Below are positions 1 through 7,997 of a DNA stretch of 32,000 bases, one piece after another (within the stretch, counting starts at the first letter, position 1; each line of letters starts with the position of its first letter). The stretch spans positions 1,290,001-1,322,000 of the forward strand of contig FP565575.1 of NCBI GenBank assembly GCA_000091165.1, in the 5' to 3' direction. The position numbers and the translations under genes are program-made. Under the pieces are notes generated by a model. It saw only the letters and a list, made by a program, of their open reading frames with translations. It did no database searches and had not been told where the DNA came from. This DNA is from Candidatus Methylomirabilis oxygeniifera. Lineage in GTDB: Bacteria > Methylomirabilota > Methylomirabilia > Methylomirabilales > Methylomirabilaceae.

Positions 1-1173
1 TGCCTTTCATGATCGTTGGCTCAATATAATAGCCGCCAGACAAACCACCGCCTATGGCAGCAATGTCACCACCTACTAACACTTCGGCGCCTTCATTTCT
101 GCCGATTTCGATATAACGTAAAATTTTATCGAATTGCTGTTTGGAGGCTTGTGCGCCGACCATCGTTTCGGTATCCAAAGGATTGCCGCGTGTTATTTGT
201 TTGGCACGCGCTATCACCTTGGCGATAAACGCATCATAGATCGATTCTTGAATGAGCAAGCGTGAGGGGCAGGTACACACTTCGCCTTGATTGAAAAAGG
301 CCAATACCGCACCTTCCACGCATTTGCTGACAAACGCATCTTCTTGATCTAAGACATCCTCGAAATAGAGATTGGGCGATTTACCGCCCAGTTCAACCGT
401 GGAAGGAATAATGTTTTCCGCCGCGCATTTCAGGATATGCGAGCCTACAGGCGTGGAACCGGTGAACGCTATTTTTGCAATCCGCTTGCTGGTGGCCAAT
501 GCCTGCCCCGCTTCCGCGCCATAGCCGTTCACGATATTGACAACGCCCGGCGGTAATAAGTCGCCGATTAATTCCATCATGACCAAAATTGATGCAGGGG
601 TTTGTTCGGCGGGCTTCATCACCACACAGTTACCCGCCGCCAGGGCAGGGGCGAGTTTCCAGCACGCCATCAATAACGGAAAATTCCAGGGAATGATCTG
701 CCCAACGACACCGAGCGGCTCGTGAAAATGATACGCCACCGTGTGTTCGTCAATTTCGCCAATGGAGCCTTCCTGGGCACGAATACAGCCGGCGAAATAG
801 CGAAAGTGGTCTACTGCCAACGGTACGTCCGCCGCCAATGTTTCACGGATGGGCTTACCGTTGTCCCACGTTTCGGCAATCGCTAATGTTTCAAGATTCG
901 CTTCGATATGGTCAGCAATTTTTAACAGGATATTTGATCTAGCGGTGACTGAAGTTTTACCCCACGCGTCTTTAGCGGCATGCGCCGCATCCAATGCCAT
1001 ATCTATGTCTTCCGCCGAAGAACGAGGTATTTCACAGAATTTCTCCCCGGTTACAGGGCTTAGGTTATCAAAGTACTGGCCTGTAACGGGAGCGACCCAG
1101 TTGCCGCCGATAAAATTACCATAACGTGGTTTGAAGTGGATTTTGCTATCCGGTTGGTTTGGGGCGATATAAC
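1..1173 (-). CDS. NAD-dependent aldehyde dehydrogenase (acetaldehyde/aldehyde dehydrogenase family), partial at left window edge
   Basis: Manual reverse-strand translation from ATG at 1173: [47 protein letters not shown]...[43 protein letters not shown]...[32 protein letters not shown]...[15 protein letters not shown]. Classic ALDH motifs. Absent from the ORF track because the frame runs off the window. Confidence 0.95.
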
Positions 1174-1302
1174 GCATTGTTTCTCCTCGATAGATTAGGT
1201 GGAAGCAGCCTGATTATTCTATCACCACGTTCTTGATCGAAAAGTATGAAGATGCCATTGCGATGTATTTTAGGGGTGAATTATAAAGCCTATCGTGTGA
1301 GA

Positions 1303-1375
1303 GCTAACCGGCGTAAAAAAGTTGAGCGAAACGCCGCTTTGGCTCGTCCGTGTTGAGCCAATTGTTAGGCCGCTT
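1303..1375 (-). repeat. attC-like (integron recombination site-like) sequence downstream of the antiporter gene
   Basis: Minus strand reads GCGGCCTAACAATTGGCTCAACACGGACGAGCCAAAGCGGCGTTTCGCTCAACTTTTTTACGCCGGTTAGCTC: GCCTAAC ... GTTAGCT ends with internal complementarity (TTGGCTC/GAGCCAA). Judged by eye. Confidence 0.4.
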
Positions 1376-2294
1376 GCCGCTGAAGAATAGTAGCGAGGTA
1401 GGCAGCATATAGCACCAGCAGCAATATACCCCGTCTTCGTTCAATGAAGCCTGTGCGCGTAGGGTAAGTGAACACCAAGGCCACGAGACCAAATACCAAT
1501 GCAATAGTTACCTCACGCCACGCAACAGTAATGGGATGGATAGTCGCCGCGACTGCGACAATAAAAATGCCATTGAAGATATTGCTGCCAAGAATTGTTC
1601 CCAGGCCAACCTCGTCGTGTCCGCGAAGCTTGGCAATGACTGTTGTCGCAAGTTCTGGCACGGACGTACCCACCGCGACAACAGTTGCCCCAATAATGAA
1701 TTCATCGATACCAAAGGCAATGGCGATGCCTTTTGCTCCCGCCACAATGAGATTTCCGGCAGCAATAAGAAAGGCAAGGCCGACGACACACGAAAGAACA
1801 ACCAGCCACCCTCGATGTTCCCCAAGAACCTTCTCTGCGGCACTCCGTTGTTTTCGAGCCTCGATAATCGCCGCCACAAGCCAAGCGAGAAACATACTCA
1901 ACATCAGTAAACCGTCGATTCTCGAAAGCTCGCCATCCAGAAACAGAACACCCGTGATAATGGGGATCAACAACGCCACAGGAAAATCCCTCTTTACGCT
2001 GTCACGAGGACTTTGGATTCCGGAAATTACCAAGGCAAGCGCGAGAATCAGAGCAACGTTTACCACATTACTGCCAAGGGCGTCGCCAAGGGCGATTTGG
2101 GGTTTTCCCGCCATGGCAGCATTTATGGAGACTGACAATTCCGGGCTTGATGTGGCGAATGCGGCGACAGTTGCGCCGATAATGCCCGGAGAAATCCGCG
2201 CCCAATGAGCGAGGCCGACCGCACCGCGAACAAAAAGGTCGCCGCCGATACCGGCACATGCAAGACCAAAAATGAAAGCCGTATAATCGTTCAC
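1365..2294 (-). CDS. Calcium/sodium antiporter (CaCA family, YrbG-like)
   Basis: 309 aa polytopic protein with duplicated motifs: GDLFVRGAVGLAHWARISPGIIGATVAAFATSSPELSVSINAA...GDALGSNVVNV and GIDEFIIGATVVAVGTSVPELATTVIAKLRGHDEVGLGTILGSNIFN. Confidence 0.93.
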   Translation of the reverse strand: MNDYTAFIFGLACAGIGGDLFVRGAVGLAHWARISPGIIGATVAAFATSSPELSVSINAAMAGKPQIALGDALGSNVVNVALILALALVISGIQSPRDSVKRDFPVALLIPIITGVLFLDGELSRIDGLLMLSMFLAWLVAAIIEARKQRSAAEKVLGEHRGWLVVLSCVVGLAFLIAAGNLIVAGAKGIAIAFGIDEFIIGATVVAVGTSVPELATTVIAKLRGHDEVGLGTILGSNIFNGIFIVAVAATIHPITVAWREVTIALVFGLVALVFTYPTRTGFIERRRGILLLVLYAAYLATILQRQAA

Positions 2295-2317
2295 TGCAAC
2301 CTCAATTATTTTACCAG

Positions 2318-2338
2318 CCTAACGCCGGACGTTAGGGG
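2318..2338 (-). repeat. Short inverted repeat carrying a GTTAGGC core (truncated attC-like)
   Basis: Plus strand AGCCTAACGCCGGACGTTAGGGG; minus strand CCCCTAACGTCCGGCGTTAGGCT, immediately 5' of the antiporter gene. Confidence 0.35.
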
Positions 2339-2392
2339 AGGCCGAGAACGAGAGTGGAGCGGGCACTGTAAGCCTTAGCCTGGACGCTTTGG

Positions 2393-3742
2393 TTAATCGG
2401 AGCGTCCCGCTGACGGTAGTGGCTTTGGAAGCAGCCAGAACAGGAGCAGGCTCCCTATCACTGCGCTCAATGCCGACCCAGACAGAATCCCCACCTTCGC
2501 GGCGTTGAGCAACACACCCTCCAACGCCAAGCTTGCAATGAATAGGGCCATTGTGAAACCAATGCCTGCCAGTATGCCGCCCGCTGCAAGGATGCTCCAG
2601 TTCACACCCGCTGGCAGCCTGGCAATACCCACACGCACCGCCAGCCAACTAAAGCTCACGATTCCTATAGGCTTGCCGACTCCTAAGCCTACCATAACCG
2701 CCACCGCAACAGGTTCACGAAAGTCCGTAACGTTGATCGATACCCCAGCATTTGCCAAAGCAAAGAGGGGCATGATCACAAAGCTCACCCACGGGTGCAG
2801 CGCGGTCTCAAGCCGTTCAAGGGGAGATAAAATCTCTCGTGCCGCCACCTGGATATCACGCAACGCCGCGTGGTTCTTCCCCTCATTACTCCAGCGTTCC
2901 CCTTCAACATACGCAGTAAACTGCTGGACGATCGCGTGCAGGCGGCCCGCGCTGACCCACACATGGGCCGGTGTGAGCAGACCCAAGATCACGCCGGCAA
3001 TCGTGGCATGGACCCCGGATGCATGGAACGCCAACCAGATCACTACCCCAACGATGCAATAGATCGGGACACTACGCACCCCAAGGCGGGCCATCCCTCT
3101 CACGACACCAAGACCCAGCAAGCCCAAGAAAAGCGCAGCGATGTTGATGTGGCTCGTATAGCCGATAGCGATGACCAGGATTGCGCCGATGTCGTCAGCG
3201 ATCGCGAGCGACAGGAGGACAATGCGCAAGCCCTGCGGGACTCGTGTCCCCAAGATCGCCAGACAACCAACGACAAAAGCGATGTCGGTCGCCATGGGAA
3301 TACCCCAGCCGTGCTCGCCGGGCTGTCCGAGCTGGCCCGCGAGATAGAGACTAGCCGGTACGACCATGCCGCCCGCCGCTGCAATGATGGGGAGCGCGGC
3401 CGTTCGCAGGTCTCTGAGTTCCCCAAGCACTAATTCGCGTTTGACCTCTAAGCCAACCACAAAAAAGAAAATCGCCATGAGACCGTCGTTGATCCAATGC
3501 TTTAAGGAGTGGTTCAACTCAAAAGCGCCAAGCGTGAAACCGAGTGGAGTCTTCCACAGGCTCAGAAAGGCATCTGCAAAAGACGAATTGGCGAGGCCGA
3601 GCGCAATACATGTCACGAACAGCAGGAGAATCCCACTGGCTGCCTCGATACGTAAAAAGCGCGCGAGCGGCTCGATGATACGATCGACCGGTTTCGCAGG
3701 CAGGCGAGCCAGTTCGTTAGAATGTTGAGGTTGTTGCAGCAT
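2393..3742 (-). CDS. nhaA: Na+/H+ antiporter NhaA
   Basis: 449 aa; ASGILLLFVTCIALGLANS, LKHWINDGLMAIFFFVVGLEVKRELVLGELRDLRTAALPIIAAAGGMVVPA, GWGIPMATDIAFVVGCLAILGTRVP, LSLAIADDIGAILVIAIGYT. Confidence 0.96.
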   Translation of the reverse strand: MLQQPQHSNELARLPAKPVDRIIEPLARFLRIEAASGILLLFVTCIALGLANSSFADAFLSLWKTPLGFTLGAFELNHSLKHWINDGLMAIFFFVVGLEVKRELVLGELRDLRTAALPIIAAAGGMVVPASLYLAGQLGQPGEHGWGIPMATDIAFVVGCLAILGTRVPQGLRIVLLSLAIADDIGAILVIAIGYTSHINIAALFLGLLGLGVVRGMARLGVRSVPIYCIVGVVIWLAFHASGVHATIAGVILGLLTPAHVWVSAGRLHAIVQQFTAYVEGERWSNEGKNHAALRDIQVAAREILSPLERLETALHPWVSFVIMPLFALANAGVSINVTDFREPVAVAVMVGLGVGKPIGIVSFSWLAVRVGIARLPAGVNWSILAAGGILAGIGFTMALFIASLALEGVLLNAAKVGILSGSALSAVIGSLLLFWLLPKPLPSAGRSD

Positions 3743-3824
3743 ATGGCACCCCTACATCTGATTCGGTTTCTGCGAAGTCGACATTCGCGGCAAGCAGGTT
3801 CGAGCCGGCCGCGCGGGATACGCG

Positions 3825-4247
3825 CTACTCCTGCTGAATCGAACTCAGATAGTCAGTGAGGGCTCGTGAGTGCAGCAGTGAAATGTAGCCCGGGTAGTCT
3901 TCACGTTGACGCTCGGTCTCGAACACCGCTCCCCAGACAGGCATCTCCCTCGTACCATGCTCAGCTACTGCTCGCCTACCGTCGATGATGTGCATCACAT
4001 AGCTCTCATCAAATCGCCCGCCGCGACGCTTTGTGATCAGTCGAAGGTTGGATGGGGGTCGTCGTAAGGATGCTGCCAACGAACCGTTTCCGTCTCCGGA
4101 CTCACCGTGACACGAGGCGCAGTGCCGACGATAGAGGGCCTGTCCGGTAGGCGGCTCCGGAGTGCTACGGCACGAGACGAGCATCGGACTGACAGCGAAC
4201 GCGAGGACGGCAGCTCTCATAGCGATTCTAGTTAGCTTATCGACCAT
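3825..4247 (-). CDS. Small c-type cytochrome
   Basis: From ATG at 4247 preceded by an AAGGAAGG ribosome-binding site: MVDKLTRIAMRAAVLAFAVSPMLVSC leader, one CASCH haem motif, GTREMPVWGAVF with a methionine that could be the axial ligand. The longer track ORF (to 4406) overlaps the upstream ORF and is unlikely. Confidence 0.8.
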   Translation of the reverse strand: MVDKLTRIAMRAAVLAFAVSPMLVSCRSTPEPPTGQALYRRHCASCHGESGDGNGSLAASLRRPPSNLRLITKRRGGRFDESYVMHIIDGRRAVAEHGTREMPVWGAVFETERQREDYPGYISLLHSRALTDYLSSIQQE

Positions 4248-4273
4248 TTCAAACCTTCCTTTGCGACGTCCAA

Positions 4274-4480
4274 TCAAGCAACGACTGAGATTTTCACCGG
4301 CTCTGTGAGCGCCTCTCCGACAAGGTGCCGGCTCCACAGCCCGCTCATCGTGACAGCCAGGCACCCCATGACCAAGAGGAATGTTTCCAGCTCCTCCTCC
4401 ACCCAACGGACGGAGAAAGGCAACACCAGGACAAGCCCCATGATCAGCCCCAGTCCGATGATTATGGTGATCTCTGACAT
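4274..4480 (-). pseudogene. DUF1646-like N-terminal membrane fragment (putative cation transporter remnant or microprotein)
   Basis: 68 aa MSEITIIIGLGLIMGLVLVLPFSVRWVEEELETFLLVMGCLAVTMSGLWSRHLVGEALTEPVKISVVA; resembles the N-terminus of DUF1646 proteins, which I recall as several hundred aa long, but a stop follows directly. Confidence 0.55.
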
Positions 4481-4519
4481 CGTCTTTTGCCTCCAGGCTT
4501 GCGGTCGCAGGCGAATAAA

Positions 4520-4554
4520 ATAAAAAGCCGCCTCCGCTTCACGCGGATGGCGGC
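4520..4554 (-). terminator. Intrinsic terminator forming the 3' part of the leader RNA element (copy 1)
   Basis: RNA-sense GCCGCC-A-TCCGC-GTGAA-GCGGA-GGCGGC-TTTTTA. Confidence 0.8.
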
Positions 4555-4602
4555 CCGACCACCCTCTCTCCTCCGGAAATAGGTAATCGCTATCTCCGGA
4601 CC
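4524..4602 (-). promoter_or_regulatory. Candidate structured leader RNA/riboswitch, copy 1
   Basis: RNA-sense GGTCCGGAGATAGCGATTACCTATTTCCGGAGGAGAGAGGGTGGTCGGGCCGCCATCCGCGTGAAGCGGAGGCGGCTTTTT. Near-identical to the copy at 20211-20290, with compensatory changes in the first hairpin; immediately upstream of the DUF1646-like ORF, a cytochrome and nhaA. Confidence 0.7.
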
Positions 4603-4717
4603 TCTTAGAATAAATCCGTTACGTTTTTTATATCATGGAAATGAGTGTGGTGACCAGCAAAACTCCTACCATGTTGCAGGGGTTGGCGCGGAGCCGATTG
4701 ACCTTGCCATGCTCCAG

Positions 4718-5497
4718 TTAACAGGCTGTACCCATCCATCGGAGAAGTGCAATCACTTCCTTCACGTCCCGCACGTAATAGTGGGCCTTTGAGCCCGCAT
4801 AGGCGCCAACCTGTATCGTGATGCCCTCGGGCAGCGCCCCGAATGCACCTCCATCCGTGTGATCGTCACCGATGTAAATCGGCAGGACTGAGCGTCGGTG
4901 AATTTCCTTCATCAACCACAGCGCGGCATGACCTTTTATCCAGTTGAGCCTGGGACAGAGTTCGATAATCTTCCTTCCGAAAAGGACTGTCAGTTCCGAA
5001 GAACGAACAAGGGGAAGTATTTCGCACACGAATCTCCCTATGAGATGCCTCTCCAGTTCGGTAGACAATAACCGGTAATGCAGGCTGACTGAAAGGCCTT
5101 TGTCCTCGACGAGCACGCCAGGGATATCTGCCACTACACTGACGAGCTGCGACCGAATACGGGCGACGGTTTCCTGAAAAGACCGCGGCACGATTACCTT
5201 GGCCTGCCGACCAACTTGCCACATCTCCCATCCGTGATTGCCGATATAGATCAGGTTTCGCACCCCCACCCGCCGTCGCAGCTCGTTGATCGGTCGTTCG
5301 CTGATCACGGCAACTGTGATTCGAGGATGGTGTGAGAGCGCCCGGAGCACCGACCGTATCGAAGCGGGAAGCGTCGCCTGCTCCGGGGTGGGAGCGATCC
5401 GCATCAGTGTGCCGTCGTAATCCAGGAGCAGCAAGGTGTGACTACTGCTCACTATTTCTGCCGCAACCCGCGGCCACTGGGACCAGAGCTGTTCCAT
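4718..5497 (-). CDS. otsB: Trehalose-6-phosphatase family (OtsB-like) HAD phosphatase
   Basis: 259 aa; LLLLDYDGTLMRIAPTPEQA (HAD motif I), YIGNHGWEM, ...IIELCPRLNWIKGHAALWL..., PIYIGDDHTDGGAFGAL. Confidence 0.85.
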   Translation of the reverse strand: MEQLWSQWPRVAAEIVSSSHTLLLLDYDGTLMRIAPTPEQATLPASIRSVLRALSHHPRITVAVISERPINELRRRVGVRNLIYIGNHGWEMWQVGRQAKVIVPRSFQETVARIRSQLVSVVADIPGVLVEDKGLSVSLHYRLLSTELERHLIGRFVCEILPLVRSSELTVLFGRKIIELCPRLNWIKGHAALWLMKEIHRRSVLPIYIGDDHTDGGAFGALPEGITIQVGAYAGSKAHYYVRDVKEVIALLRWMGTAC

Positions 5498-5542
5498 TTG
5501 GGCTTAGGGGGCCAGGCCATTGACTTCCACCCGAACCACGGA

Positions 5543-6211
5543 TCAGAACCTCCTCCCAGTTCGGCGCGAGCCCTCGATCGCGACTCGGACAAGCTGACTG
5601 CGTGTCCGTACGCCGGTCTTTTGAAACAAATGCTGCAGCGTCGCCTTCACTGCGCCCTCCGTGACTCCGAGTCTGGCAGCGGTTTCCTTATTCGTGAGGC
5701 CCTCAAATACAGCCTGAAGCACCTGTTCCTCTCGTTCGGTGAGGCGCTTGTGACCCTCTTGGTCCTCAGGCTGATTAACCGCATCGGCGATGAGTTGGAT
5801 GACTCTCTCATCGACCCATACCACTCCACTCACGACCAGCCGAATCGCGTTGACGAGGGCGTCGGGCGGACTGTGCTTGAGAAAGATACCCGATGCGCCG
5901 AGCTTCAATGCAATTGAGGATTCCGCCGCGCTCATCCCCGCAGTGACCATTAAGATTTTCCCGGAATAGCCTCCCCCGCGAGCTGCTGAGATAAGTTGAC
6001 TTCCGTGATCCTCTCCGAGATCGAAGTCCAGCAATACAACATCAACGGGTCCCCGGCTCAGGATCTCAATCGCCTCGGCTGAGGTACCGCAGACGCCTAC
6101 TATTTCGAAATCGGGCTCCGATTGCAGAAGCCGGCTCAAGCCCTCTCGAAAGAGGATGTGATCGTCAAGCAACAGCACCCGTATTCGCTTCATGTCAGCC
6201 TGTACTTCCAT
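5543..6211 (-). CDS. LuxR/NarL-family response regulator
   Basis: 222 aa; receiver RVLLLDDHILFREGLSRLLQ...VDVVLLDFDLGEDHG; HTH LTEREEQVLQAVFEGLTNKETAARLGVTEGAVKATLQHLFQKTGVRTRSQLVRVA. Confidence 0.94.
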   Translation of the reverse strand: MEVQADMKRIRVLLLDDHILFREGLSRLLQSEPDFEIVGVCGTSAEAIEILSRGPVDVVLLDFDLGEDHGSQLISAARGGGYSGKILMVTAGMSAAESSIALKLGASGIFLKHSPPDALVNAIRLVVSGVVWVDERVIQLIADAVNQPEDQEGHKRLTEREEQVLQAVFEGLTNKETAARLGVTEGAVKATLQHLFQKTGVRTRSQLVRVAIEGSRRTGRRF

Positions 6212-7628
6212 AATTCGTCTCAGTAGAACCGGCTACTGCCAGGTCAATGACAAAGGAGCACCCTGGTACCGTTGGATCGTACCGGAGATCCCCGCGAAAC
6301 GATCGCACGAGCGCTCGAGAGAGAAATAAACCGAGGCCCGTTGACTCGGCACCTGCTTGAAACGGTCGAAACAGCGTGTCGGCCGAACCGATCCCAGGGC
6401 CCGTGTCGGTCACCCGGATGGCCACGCGGCCTTCCCCGACAGAGACGGAGATAGCGATTCGCCTCACGCCGGCGCGCTCCAAGGCTCGCTCGGCGTTCTT
6501 TGTCAGGTTCAGCAGGGCCTGCAATAAGAGGTGACGATCGGCCCACACCGAAGGAAGTCCTTCAGGGATCTCCCAGTGCACTGTAATGCCGGCCTCCTCG
6601 CAGGACGACTCCAGGACGATCCGCAAACTGTCGAACAACTCAACGAGGTCGGCCCCGTCGATCTGGGCAGTCCTTGTTCCGCTTGTACTGTGTTTGAGCT
6701 CCAATGAGGCGATCTTATTCAGCGTCTCTACCAGCGAGCCCAGAGCTTCGAAATCCTTATTCGCCACCAGCCGCCCGCTCCGAGCGAGGTTCTCGTAGAG
6801 AACGGCGATCGCGCTACACACGTTTCGGATTTCATGCGAGACTGCTCCGACAACGACTCGTGAACCCGCCAGGAGGTGCTCAAAACTCGACTCCTCGCGT
6901 TCCCTCAACTCTTCCGAAAGATCGACGATCAAGGCGGCCAGGCGGGGCCCTGCCGCGGTCGCGTAGGTTGAGAAGAAGACACGAGCCGGGAAGATGCTGC
7001 CGTCTTCTCGCGACCCACGGCATTGCATTTCGGTCCGAAAGGTCTGACGTGTGGTCTCAACAGACGGGACCGAGCCCAAGGCCGCAACATAACGGCTGAT
7101 ATTTCTCCCAGGCAGGTCTCCATTCGGCGCTCCGAACAGGCGGTGCGCCGATGAATTTGCCTGAAGAATTGCGCCGTCGCCGGCCATGGTCAGGATTGCA
7201 ACGGGGCTGCTGTCGATGAGAAATGCTAACTGCTCCTCCGCTTGGCGCCGAGCCACGACTTCCTGTTCGATCCGCTGGACGTGTTCCATCTCCCCTCGGC
7301 GGCTCCTGATCACCTCATGAACGAACAACCCCGCCCCTGTCAATGCGGCGAAAGCCGAAACGTCGCTGAGCAGTCCAACGCTGAGAGCAGTAGGAAAAGG
7401 GTCAAAGAGATCGGAGAGCACCGTGCAAAGAACCGCCGTCAGCGCGATCGCCCCGCGCGGCAGCACACTAGCCGCCAGCATCACGGGAAACACATACAGG
7501 AACCCGAACGAGACATTAACGGCCACACGCCAATCGATGACGGCGACGGCTCCAATGACAATTACCGCACAGGTCAGTACGATAGGTCTTCTGGCGACGA
7601 ACGGAGCAAAAATCATGACCCGGTCCAC
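6195..7628 (-). CDS. Membrane-anchored PAS-domain sensor histidine kinase
   Basis: 477 aa; N-terminal multi-TM region, PAS (LAFLIDSSPVAILTMAGDGAILQANSSAHRLFG), H-box GAVSHEIRNVCSAI, N-box LLQALLNLTKNAERAL, G-boxes VTDTGPGIGS, GLGLFLSRALVRSFRG. Overlaps the downstream regulator by 17 nt. Confidence 0.93.
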   Translation of the reverse strand: MDRVMIFAPFVARRPIVLTCAVIVIGAVAVIDWRVAVNVSFGFLYVFPVMLAASVLPRGAIALTAVLCTVLSDLFDPFPTALSVGLLSDVSAFAALTGAGLFVHEVIRSRRGEMEHVQRIEQEVVARRQAEEQLAFLIDSSPVAILTMAGDGAILQANSSAHRLFGAPNGDLPGRNISRYVAALGSVPSVETTRQTFRTEMQCRGSREDGSIFPARVFFSTYATAAGPRLAALIVDLSEELREREESSFEHLLAGSRVVVGAVSHEIRNVCSAIAVLYENLARSGRLVANKDFEALGSLVETLNKIASLELKHSTSGTRTAQIDGADLVELFDSLRIVLESSCEEAGITVHWEIPEGLPSVWADRHLLLQALLNLTKNAERALERAGVRRIAISVSVGEGRVAIRVTDTGPGIGSADTLFRPFQAGAESTGLGLFLSRALVRSFRGDLRYDPTVPGCSFVIDLAVAGSTETNYGSTG

Positions 7629-7745
7629 CTCGGCGCACCTCCTCCATATGTTAAAAGCAGTTCCTCCCAGCCCGAAATCGCGACGTTTAACATTGGCGCA
7701 CTGTGGCCTTCACTATTCATTTAGCACCTCCGACCTTTGCCCGCC

Positions 7746-7780
7746 AGCTATCTTTCGGTTCAGTGGAAGCTATCTTTCGG
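7746..7780 (-). promoter_or_regulatory. Tandem 13-bp direct repeat upstream of the kinase/regulator/otsB group
   Basis: AGCTATCTTTCGG at 7746-7758 and exactly again at 7768-7780 (22-bp spacing, about two helical turns). Confidence 0.5.
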
Positions 7781-7997
7781 ATGGGCCGGAGCACACGCGA
7801 CGTGCAGTGGATGGGTCGTTTCTCTGGGTGTGGGGACCCGACCCTCTCAGGTGACGGACTTTGCGTGGGGTCGGATGTCACGAGGGATTCTCGATGGCGG
7901 GAAGTAGCGGCCTGTTACAGCGTTCGCCTGCCGATCACTTCGTCTTCGCGGAGGGCTTCGGGAACGGTGGCGGGAAGTCAGGTACGATCAAGCACGG

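Noticed and set aside
1468-2208. 246-aa plus-strand ORF
   Set aside because: Mirror frame of the CaCA antiporter duplicated helices; no independent coding signature.
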